A stretch of DNA of 64,000 nucleotides from an uncultured delta proteobacterium (GTDB lineage: Bacteria; Desulfobacterota; Syntrophia; Syntrophales; Smithellaceae), in the NCBI GenBank assembly GCA_963753975.1, contig CAVWEH010000002.1, positions 288,001 through 352,000 on the forward strand, in the 5' to 3' direction. The notes beneath the pieces were generated by a model that had not been told where the DNA came from, ran no database searches, and saw nothing but the letters and a program-made list of their open reading frames with translations. This document shows, piece by piece, positions 11,284-20,251 of this stretch (its first letter is position 1; every line of letters starts with the position of its first letter). Made by a program: the position numbers and the translations under genes.

Positions 11284-13221
11284 ATGGCTAAAAAACCAAC
11301 CTATCTTGAGCTTGTTAAAAAAATTGATCAGCTCGAAAAGAAGTGCGCTAAATATGCTTCTGTCGACGAACAATACCGTAAAGCCGAAAGCATTTACCAT
11401 ACTTTTTTTGAGAGCAGCGGCGCCGCGACCATAATAGTTGAAAATGATATGATTGTTTCTTTTGCCAATAAGCAATTTGAAAATCTTTACGGCGCTGAAA
11501 AACAGGACATTGAAGGAAAAATTAAATGGACCGACTTCGTCCATAAGGAAGATTTGGAATTTATGCAGCATTATCATATTTTACGGCGAATTGATCCCCA
11601 AGCCGCACCTGATCATTACGAATTCCGAATGATTAACAAATTAAATCAAATGAAATACATCGTTAATACCGAAGCCATCATCCCCGGCACAAAAAAAAGC
11701 ATCGCCTCCCTGATAGATATAACCGATCGAAAATTAGCTGAAGAAGCTCTTAATGAGAGCGAATCCAAATACCGCACATTATTCGAGTCCGCCAGTGACA
11801 CGATTGTTTTAATAGATCGCGATCGTTTCATCGACTGCAATCAGAAGACTCTCGATTTGTTCGGTTGCAGCCGCGAAGAATTTCTTGCCGCGAATCCACA
11901 AAAATTTTGGCCGGAATTCCAGCCTGACGGCAAGCCGACTTCAGCGCTGGTAATAAAAGCGATTAAGTCCGCTCTTCGGGGCGAGACTTCCACTTTTGAA
12001 ATTAAGTACTGCCGTTATGACGGAACCCTTTTTGATTCTGAGCTGACTTTTACGATCGTTAAATTAAGCGGGAAAAAATATCTCCAGGCAATTGTCCGGG
12101 ATATAACTGAAAGAAAAATCACGGAAATAGCCCTAAAAGAAGGCGAAGCAAAATATAGGACACTATTTGAATCGGCGATTGATACTATTATTCTCATAAG
12201 TAATGAATTAATAACCGACTGTAACTTAGCTGCTTTAAAAATGTTTCGTGGCACTCGCGAACAGCTTATCGGACATCCGACATGGAAATTTATGCCGGAA
12301 TTTCAGCCGGACGGCCTTCTTTCCAAGGACATGGCCAAAGAAAAAATACAGCAGGCTTTGAAAGGCGAAACTCTTTTTCTGGAATGGCGTTTTGCCCGCT
12401 GCGATGGGAGTATATTTGACGCGGAATTGACCTTTAACACCATCACGTTAAAAGGCGAAAGATATTTTCAGGCTATTATCAGAGATATTACGGAACGCAA
12501 ACAGGCCGCCGAGCAGATGAAAAAATTGACTCAAGAACTCGAGCGTTCCAATACCGATCTGGCCCAATTTGCTTATGTCGCTTCACACGATCTGCAGGAG
12601 CCGCTGCGTATGGTGACCAGTTTTGTCCAGTTACTGCAACATCGCTATCAGGGAAAGCTGGATAAAGATGCCGATGAATTCATTTCTTATGCTGTTGACG
12701 GCGCGTCCCATATGCAGCGACTAATCAATGACCTTCTAAAATATTCGCGCGTGGGCACTCACGGCAAAACGTTGGAACCGACCAATTTTAACATTGTTAT
12801 CAGCCATGCTCTATCTAATTTAAACAAAACGATTAAAGAAAACGACGCTATAATCAACATAGACCATTTACCGACAATTCCGGCTGATTACATGCAACTG
12901 GTACAACTCTTTCAGAATTTAATCAGTAATGCGATAAAATACCACAGCAAGAAGCAGCCGGAAATACTTATCCGGGCAGTAAATAAGGGAGACTTTTGGC
13001 TGTTTTCTGTGCGGGATAATGGTATAGGAATTGATAAAGAATATATTGATAAGATTTTTGTCATTTTTCAAAGATTACATAATAAATCAAAATATCCGGG
13101 AACCGGAATTGGTTTATCTATTTGTAAAAAAATTGTGGAAAGGCACGGAGGCCGTATCTGGGTGGAATCAAAACCAGGCCAAGGCTCAACTTTTTATTTT
13201 ACCATACCCGGCAAGCAATGA
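11284..13221 (+). CDS. Cytoplasmic 3xPAS sensor histidine kinase (phytochrome-type kinase domain)
   Basis: Three PAS/PAC units (DITDRK, DITERK), ASHDLQEPLR H-box, NAIKY, DNGIG, GTGIGL. Confidence 0.92.
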   Translation: MAKKPTYLELVKKIDQLEKKCAKYASVDEQYRKAESIYHTFFESSGAATIIVENDMIVSFANKQFENLYGAEKQDIEGKIKWTDFVHKEDLEFMQHYHILRRIDPQAAPDHYEFRMINKLNQMKYIVNTEAIIPGTKKSIASLIDITDRKLAEEALNESESKYRTLFESASDTIVLIDRDRFIDCNQKTLDLFGCSREEFLAANPQKFWPEFQPDGKPTSALVIKAIKSALRGETSTFEIKYCRYDGTLFDSELTFTIVKLSGKKYLQAIVRDITERKITEIALKEGEAKYRTLFESAIDTIILISNELITDCNLAALKMFRGTREQLIGHPTWKFMPEFQPDGLLSKDMAKEKIQQALKGETLFLEWRFARCDGSIFDAELTFNTITLKGERYFQAIIRDITERKQAAEQMKKLTQELERSNTDLAQFAYVASHDLQEPLRMVTSFVQLLQHRYQGKLDKDADEFISYAVDGASHMQRLINDLLKYSRVGTHGKTLEPTNFNIVISHALSNLNKTIKENDAIINIDHLPTIPADYMQLVQLFQNLISNAIKYHSKKQPEILIRAVNKGDFWLFSVRDNGIGIDKEYIDKIFVIFQRLHNKSKYPGTGIGLSICKKIVERHGGRIWVESKPGQGSTFYFTIPGKQ

Positions 13222-13233
13222 GACAAGGTTTTT

Positions 13234-13674
13234 ATGGCTGATGACCAGCAACAAAAAATGATCGATATTCTTCTTATTGAAGACAATCCCGGTGACGTAA
13301 TTCTTATTAAGGAAGCGTTTAAAGAGGGAGAAACTTACAATAAGCTGACCGTTCTTGGAGACGGCGAAGCAGCTCTTTCTTTTTTGCGCAAAGAAGGAGC
13401 GTACAAAAGATTCTCCTCCCCCGATCTTATTTTACTCGATCTTAACATGCCCCGTAAAGATGGTCGGGAGGTTCTAGCGGAAATTAAAACAGATCCGGTA
13501 TTAAAGCATATTCCCGTTGTAGTCCTTACCAGCTCTGAAGCCCAACAAGATATAATAAATGCGTACAATCTACAGGCAAACTGTTACATAACTAAGCCTG
13601 TTGATTTGAAACAGTTTTTTAATGTAGTCAAACTAATCGAAGATTTTTGGTTAAAAACAGTTAAACTTCCATAA
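13234..13674 (+). CDS. Single-domain response regulator (Rcp1-like)
   Basis: [28 protein letters not shown]-terminal DFW..VKLP. Confidence 0.9.
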   Translation: MADDQQQKMIDILLIEDNPGDVILIKEAFKEGETYNKLTVLGDGEAALSFLRKEGAYKRFSSPDLILLDLNMPRKDGREVLAEIKTDPVLKHIPVVVLTSSEAQQDIINAYNLQANCYITKPVDLKQFFNVVKLIEDFWLKTVKLP

Positions 13675-13680
13675 AGTATT

Positions 13681-14610
13681 TTGATGTTTAATAAACCTAT
13701 TAAAATCCTTTTGTTTGAAGACAATCCCGGCGATGCACGGTTATTTACTGAAACGCTGAAAGATATTTCTTCTCAGCGTTATGAAACTACTCATGTAGGT
13801 TCGCTGGCCGAAGGGCTTTCTATCCTTGCCGATAAAGCCATAGACATTATCCTATTGGATCTGGGATTACCGGATAGTCAACGCTTGGATACTTTAATCA
13901 AGTTAAAATCTCAAGTATTGGGGATACCCATCGTCGTCCTTACCGGCATTGATGATGAAGAAATCGCGCTCAGTGCCGTTCAACAAGGCGCCCAAGACTA
14001 TCTTGTCAAACAAAAAATAAACGCGGAGATAATATTCCGCGTGATCCGGTTCGCGATTGAAAGACAAAAACTGCAAGATGCCGTGCGCAGCCTTGCTTTA
14101 ATTGACGACTTAACCGGGCTTTTTAACCGCCGTGGTTTTTTTACTCTTGCCGAACATCATCTTAAGCTTGCCGAACGTATGCACAAAAATTTCTACTTAA
14201 TTTTTTCCGACATCGATGACATGAAAAAAATCAACGATGATTTCGGCCATCTCCAGGGTGATCTGGTTTTAAAAAAAGTAGCCGATATATTGCGTTATTC
14301 ATTTCGCGATTCCGATATTATTGCCCGTATCGGAGGGGATGAATTTGTTGTTTTAATTCCTGATACCGGAGATTACAGCGCAGAAAGAACTATTTACCGC
14401 CTTCAAGAAAATATAAATAAATATAATAAAAAAGAAAAAAAGAATCTTTCCTTGAGCATGGGCATAGCTAACTTTCATCCTAATTTGAAGGTTTCTCTAC
14501 AGGATTTACTGGACAAAGCCGATAAACATTTATACGAAGAAAAAAAGAAAAAACATTTGGAAAATAAACCGGTAAAAAATAAAATTCTTATCAATAAAAT
14601 CTTGTTATGA
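13681..14610 (+). CDS. Receiver + GGDEF diguanylate cyclase
   Basis: REC domain, DDLTGLFNRR, RDSD I-site, RIGGDEF. Confidence 0.92.
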   Translation: MMFNKPIKILLFEDNPGDARLFTETLKDISSQRYETTHVGSLAEGLSILADKAIDIILLDLGLPDSQRLDTLIKLKSQVLGIPIVVLTGIDDEEIALSAVQQGAQDYLVKQKINAEIIFRVIRFAIERQKLQDAVRSLALIDDLTGLFNRRGFFTLAEHHLKLAERMHKNFYLIFSDIDDMKKINDDFGHLQGDLVLKKVADILRYSFRDSDIIARIGGDEFVVLIPDTGDYSAERTIYRLQENINKYNKKEKKNLSLSMGIANFHPNLKVSLQDLLDKADKHLYEEKKKKHLENKPVKNKILINKILL

Positions 14611-14613
14611 AGA

Positions 14614-14690
<77 letters not shown>

Positions 14691-15024
14691 ACATTCTGCT
14701 AAAGTGTTGACGTCATTACCATCATCGCAAAACCGTGTCAAGAGTAAATACTTTGTTTACATGCCCAAACACTTCTCTCCTTTCAGCTTTTTTTACATTT
14801 CCCTTTCTGTTTTTGGTAAATTCTCAACGTCTAATAACCAAGACCGGATTCCTCAGTTTAATACTCGCGACAGGCGAGTGCATTTTTTTGCACTTCATAC
14901 AGCCCAGAAAAAATTTCTATCAAATAACTGCACAATAATGTATCGTAACAAATAATTAGGAAAAGGGCTGAATCAGCCGAATTTAGCCGTTCTCGTTGTA
15001 ACGTTCGTAGGAGGTTAATAGACT

Positions 15025-18000
15025 ATGACAATTAAACCTAAATCATCTGTTAAACCTAAGGCAACGAGTAAACATAAAGTAGCAGTCCAGCCGAACAAAA
15101 TGAGTCGCTCTCAGCAGAGCGATTTTCCCCATTTGGCGGAAGATATTATATCTAATGTCGGAATGGGGATATATATCGTGTTAAATGGAAAATTTGTCTA
15201 TGTGAGTCCCTTATTTCAAAAACTCAGCGGTTATTCCAAGGCAGATCTAGCTGGCACAAATCCTATAGATTACATTCATCCCGATGATAGGGAAGCGGTC
15301 AGGAAAAAAGCGGTAAGAACCTTGAAGAAAGAAAGCACTGCCAGCTATGAGTACAGGTTCATCAGAAAAGACGGGGAGATAATATGGGTCATGGAGATGG
15401 TCACTTCCATCACCTATCAAGGAAAGCGGGCCGCTCTGGGCAGTTTTATGAACATTACTGAACACAAGCGCAGGGAGGATGAACTGAGCCGGAGTGAAGA
15501 AAAATACCGGACTATAATGGAAGATATGGAAGAGGGGTATTTTGAGACTGACCTTAAGGGCAATTTTACCTTCGTTAATGACGCGGAATGCAGAAATATG
15601 GGATATTCCCAGGAAGAATTGCTCGGGATGAACAATCGGCAATATACAGATAAAGAGAATGCAAAAAAAGCCTTTCAAGCATTCAGCAATCTTTATGAAA
15701 CAGGAGAATCAAATAAAATTTTTGATTATGAAGTTATCAAGAAAGATGGAACCAAGGCAATTGCTGAACTGCTTATATCTCTTGTAAAGGATTTCAGAGG
15801 AAAGCCCATTGGATTTCGTGGACTTTCACGGCACATCACCGAGCGCAAACGCATGGAAGAAATATTGCGCCAGAGTGAAGAAAAATACCGGACTATTCTG
15901 GAAAATATCGAAGATGGATATGTGGAATTGGATCTTCACGGCAACTTTATCTTTTTCAATGAAGCGCTATGCAGGATTCAGGGATATACCAGAGATGAAT
16001 TAATGAAGCTGAACTACCGCGATTTAATGGATGAGGAAAATGCCAAAAAAATCTATGGAAAATACAACAAGGTATACACCACGGGTGAATCTGAAAAAGA
16101 AGTTCCTTATGAAATTACAACGAAAAACGGGCTTCGAAGATATTTAGAAACTTCAATAACTCCCATGAATGATGCTTCCGGCCGGATATTTGCCTTTCGG
16201 GGCCTTGTGCGGGACAGAACCGAAAGCAGGCAGGCAGAAGAGGCGCTGCAAAAAAGTGAGGAGAGATACCGAACCATTCTGGAAAACATGCAGGAAGCCT
16301 ATTATGAGATTGACCTTACCGGTAAATTTACCTTCGTTAATGATGCGGTCTGCAGACATCTCGGATATACCAGGGAAGAATTGATCGGGGCGAATAACCG
16401 GCAGTTTCAAGATGAAACAACCGCTAAAAAAATGTATCAGATCTTCATCGATGTTTACAAAACAGGGAAACCGGTTAAGGCAATAGAGTCGGAATATATC
16501 AGAAAAGACGGGACTAAGGGGACTTACGAACTGTCGGTATCTCTTCTGAGGGATGCAACAGGTAAACCGAACGGATTCCGGGGTGTTTCTCGTGATATCA
16601 CTGAGCGGAAACAATATGAAGAGGAACTGGCGTTGCTGCGCGCCGCCATGGACGTATCAAAAGATATGGTTTTTCTTGTTGATCGGACCACGATGCGCTT
16701 CCTTTATGTTAATGATGCAGCCCGCCGGTTGACCGGCTATACGCGGGAAGACTTTATCAAACTGTCACCTCAGGATATGTTGGGGGTTGATCGGAAAACC
16801 CTTGAGCAGGCTTATGATGAAGCCATTGCTGCCGCTCCCGCCGGTGTCATCATAGAAATGAAAAGCCGCACTAAAGACGGCACACGGACGATCACCGAAC
16901 TGCACAGGAATGCTCTGCAGTTCGGTAATCGCTGGGTTATTACTACCAACATGCACGATATCAGCCAGCGCTGGCTCGCCGAACAATCTGTGCTCTTGCT
17001 CGGGAGGATGTTCGCAGCCTTAAGTGCAACCAATGAAACGATCTTACACGCCAAATCACCTGAAGAGCTGTATCAGCGGGTATGTGACGCAGCCGTCGAC
17101 GGTGGCAAATTCATCACCACGGGAATTCTTCTTTTTGATCCGCAAACAACATGGGTAAGAGTGGCAGCAGCCAGTGGTGCCGGTATGGCCAGCCTGCGTA
17201 AAGCCCGCATTTCCCTCGATGAAACAATTCCCGAGGGAAAGGGGCTTGTCGCCACCGCCTTCCGTACAGGAAAACCTTGCATTTCTAGTGATCATCTCAA
17301 CGACCCGGCATCGCTGACCTTAAACGAAGATGCGAAAAAGATCGGCGCTGTCGCCGTTATACCACTTATCAGGGACGATAAGTCCATTGGTGCCTTGATT
17401 TTCTATGCCAGTGAGAAGCGAGCTTTTGACGGCGAAATCGTCAAGCTTCTCGAACGCATGGCAGAGAACGTCGTGTTTGCACTGGACAACTTCGAACACG
17501 AGGCCAAGCGCAAACGCGCCGAAGAACAGATTCAGTATATGGCCACACACGACGCTCTGACGGGATTGCCCAACCGGTTAATGTTCAGCCAATTGCTGAA
17601 CCATGCCATCCAGTCCGCTCATCGTCATCAGCGGCAGTTGGCGGTTTTATTCATCGATTTGGATCGATTCAAGACTATCAACGACACTCTGGGTCATGAG
17701 GCAGGAGACCAATTGCTGCAAGAAATTGCGGCACGCATGAAGCAAGCTTTGCGGGCAGCCGATGTTGTCGGTCGTCTGGGAGGAGACGAGTTCGTAATAT
17801 TGATTGAGGAAATAAGCGATTCGGGCCAAGTCGCCACCGTAGCCCACAAGATACTTAGCACCGCTATCAAACCGATGGTCCTTCTGGGTGAAGAATGCCG
17901 CGTAACGGCCAGCATCGGCATCAGCATCTACCCGAAGGATGGAGATGACGAACAATCCCTGGTGAAAAATGCCGATATAGCCATGTACCTCGCCAAGGAA

Positions 18001-18843
18001 GAAGGCAAGAACAACTACCAGTTCTACTCCAAAGATATTCAGTCAAAATCAATCGAACGGCTCTCCATCGAAACAAACCTGCGCTTTGCCCTGGAGCGCA
18101 ATGAATTGTCTTTGCATTATCAGGCAAAGGTGGATTTCAAAACGAACGCAATCACCGGCGTAGAGGCACTTTTGCGCTGGCAGAATCCCTACCTCGGCTC
18201 CGTAACACCCACGCAATTCATTCCGATAGCCGAAGAATCCGGGCTAATCATACCCATTGGCAGGTGGGTAATGAGAACGGCCTGCGCGCAAAATGTTGCC
18301 TGGCAAGAACAGGGTCTTCCCCCTATCTGCATGGCGGTAAATTTGTCTTTGCGACAACTCACGGATAACAATCTGCTAGATGATATCCGAACAGCGCTGA
18401 GTGATTCCGGCATGGCGTCAAACCTGCTGGAACTCGAAATTACCGAAAGTATGGTGATGCATAATCCTGCGCGCATTGTAGCTGTGCTGGCTAAAATCAA
18501 GAACTTGGGCGTGCGGCTGGCTATCGACGATTTTGGCACCGGTTACTCGTCTCTCGCCCAGATTAAACACTTCCCTATCGACACGCTGAAGGTGGACAGA
18601 TCATTTATTCGCAACATCCCGCAAGATTCCGAGGACAAAGCAATCACCGAAGCGATTATTGCCATGGGCAAAACTTTAAGCCTTACAGTCGTCGCCGAAG
18701 GCGTAGAGACCTTAGACCAAATGAGCTTCTTGAGGGACCACTCCTGTGATGAGATGCAAGGTTATTACTTCAGTAAACCCATTGCACCTGAGCAGTTTGC
18801 CGAGCTCTTGCGCAAGCATGTCCCTTCAAAAAAGAGAGATTAA
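15025..18843 (+). CDS. 5xPAS-GAF-GGDEF-EAL cyclic-di-GMP enzyme
   Basis: Repeated PAS/PAC units, GAF, DALTGLPNR, RLGGDEF, EALLRW, DDFGTGYSSL; SD GGAGG upstream. Confidence 0.93.
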   Translation: MTIKPKSSVKPKATSKHKVAVQPNKMSRSQQSDFPHLAEDIISNVGMGIYIVLNGKFVYVSPLFQKLSGYSKADLAGTNPIDYIHPDDREAVRKKAVRTLKKESTASYEYRFIRKDGEIIWVMEMVTSITYQGKRAALGSFMNITEHKRREDELSRSEEKYRTIMEDMEEGYFETDLKGNFTFVNDAECRNMGYSQEELLGMNNRQYTDKENAKKAFQAFSNLYETGESNKIFDYEVIKKDGTKAIAELLISLVKDFRGKPIGFRGLSRHITERKRMEEILRQSEEKYRTILENIEDGYVELDLHGNFIFFNEALCRIQGYTRDELMKLNYRDLMDEENAKKIYGKYNKVYTTGESEKEVPYEITTKNGLRRYLETSITPMNDASGRIFAFRGLVRDRTESRQAEEALQKSEERYRTILENMQEAYYEIDLTGKFTFVNDAVCRHLGYTREELIGANNRQFQDETTAKKMYQIFIDVYKTGKPVKAIESEYIRKDGTKGTYELSVSLLRDATGKPNGFRGVSRDITERKQYEEELALLRAAMDVSKDMVFLVDRTTMRFLYVNDAARRLTGYTREDFIKLSPQDMLGVDRKTLEQAYDEAIAAAPAGVIIEMKSRTKDGTRTITELHRNALQFGNRWVITTNMHDISQRWLAEQSVLLLGRMFAALSATNETILHAKSPEELYQRVCDAAVDGGKFITTGILLFDPQTTWVRVAAASGAGMASLRKARISLDETIPEGKGLVATAFRTGKPCISSDHLNDPASLTLNEDAKKIGAVAVIPLIRDDKSIGALIFYASEKRAFDGEIVKLLERMAENVVFALDNFEHEAKRKRAEEQIQYMATHDALTGLPNRLMFSQLLNHAIQSAHRHQRQLAVLFIDLDRFKTINDTLGHEAGDQLLQEIAARMKQALRAADVVGRLGGDEFVILIEEISDSGQVATVAHKILSTAIKPMVLLGEECRVTASIGISIYPKDGDDEQSLVKNADIAMYLAKEEGKNNYQFYSKDIQSKSIERLSIETNLRFALERNELSLHYQAKVDFKTNAITGVEALLRWQNPYLGSVTPTQFIPIAEESGLIIPIGRWVMRTACAQNVAWQEQGLPPICMAVNLSLRQLTDNNLLDDIRTALSDSGMASNLLELEITESMVMHNPARIVAVLAKIKNLGVRLAIDDFGTGYSSLAQIKHFPIDTLKVDRSFIRNIPQDSEDKAITEAIIAMGKTLSLTVVAEGVETLDQMSFLRDHSCDEMQGYYFSKPIAPEQFAELLRKHVPSKKRD

Positions 18844-18964
18844 ATTAAGACATCAATGTCGAAATATCACGGGGTATATGTCTTATCAACTAACCAATAT
18901 TGCTTAAAAAATGTCATGAAACTTCAGGCAAACCCTAAGCCCAAAATATGGTAGTCTTGCTTTC

Positions 18965-20014
18965 CTATTTGAATTTATTTTTTTCCTTATTTTTCGGTTG
19001 TTTCTTTCCCCAGACGGGATGCCGCTTCGCGGCAAGACGCACGATGCGACTTCCCATTTGTCCATAACTAAAACCGGCAAATTCAGCGACGCAGGCCATG
19101 CTGGCATCGTGACTAATGTCCGGATTGGGATTTACATCCAGAATAAAAAAAACATTATTTTGATAGCGGACGTCAAGACGGGCGTAATCCCTACATCCCA
19201 AAGCCCGATAGGCAGCCTTGCATATCTGCTCCAAGACCTCTATTTCTTTTTCGTTAAGCGGCGCCGGCAGTAATGTCTCTATCTTTTCATAGTGATCGGA
19301 ACCGGGAGTGGATTTCGCTTCATAGGTACATAGCCGGTCTTTTAAATCACTGAAAAAGGAGAAGTCCATTTCGGCGGGAGGCAACATTTCAAGATATTCA
19401 TTTCCCCACAAGGTAATATGAAATTCCCGCCCGTCGATAAACTCTTCGACCAGAGCAGGTTGACGGTATTTACCCAGGATATAGGCTATCCTATTTTTCA
19501 ACTCCCTAGTCTTCATCACGACGGAATCAGGCGTAATACCTTCAGAACAATGTTCGTTTACAGGTTTGACAATTGCGGGAAAACGATCCCACGATCCAGG
19601 TTCAGCCAGATTAAATATCTGCCACCTCGGCGTCGGGATGTTTTCTTGATCAAGGATTATTTTCACGCGACACTTGTCTTGAGAGAGCGCCAAGGCGTTG
19701 GAGTCCGCGCCGGTAAATACAAAACCCAGCATCTCCATTCTTTTCGCCACAAGCCATTCTCCATTGTTTGTTCCGGGCAAACTTTCGCACCAGTTGAAGA
19801 CAATGTGTTCCAGGGGATTGAAAGTATCAAGATAACTCGCTATATTATCATCAAAAATGGGGACAAAAACAGTGGGGTGTCCCTCTTCTATCAATGCTTG
19901 ACCCAGCTGAGACGATACGGTTATCACCTCATCTTTTTCTGCTTGTGTCCAGTCCGAATTAACGTTGTATAATAATATTACCGGAATGTTCGTAGGATCA
20001 ATATCTACAGGCAC
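18965..20014 (-). CDS. D-Ala-D-Ala ligase-like ATP-grasp protein
   Basis: FNWCES, IVKP..EHCSEGI, LVEEFIDGREF, CRDYARLD, DVNPNP; lacks the canonical Ddl N-terminal GGxSxE. Confidence 0.8.
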   Translation of the reverse strand: MPVDIDPTNIPVILLYNVNSDWTQAEKDEVITVSSQLGQALIEEGHPTVFVPIFDDNIASYLDTFNPLEHIVFNWCESLPGTNNGEWLVAKRMEMLGFVFTGADSNALALSQDKCRVKIILDQENIPTPRWQIFNLAEPGSWDRFPAIVKPVNEHCSEGITPDSVVMKTRELKNRIAYILGKYRQPALVEEFIDGREFHITLWGNEYLEMLPPAEMDFSFFSDLKDRLCTYEAKSTPGSDHYEKIETLLPAPLNEKEIEVLEQICKAAYRALGCRDYARLDVRYQNNVFFILDVNPNPDISHDASMACVAEFAGFSYGQMGSRIVRLAAKRHPVWGKKQPKNKEKNKFK

Positions 20015-20251
20015 CCACTACCTCTCCAAATCAATTCACTACTCGCTTTTTTTTAAACATACACCATCGCTTTATGTTTAAGTATAACTTAAACTTATTA
20101 ATTATGCTATCAGAATTACCCTATTGCCGAGCATTAACAACCATCACCAATACCTGCTTAACACTCTGCTATCGACCAATCTGATTTGGTCATCTGTTCT
20201 TTTATATTTTCTGGACCAGCAGAAAAGATTCGATCCAATATCTTCCATATC

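Noticed and set aside
15500..15850. Diversity-generating retroelement TR/VR pair with 56325..56680
   Set aside because: Mismatches are not adenine-specific, both copies are coding, and no reverse transcriptase is present
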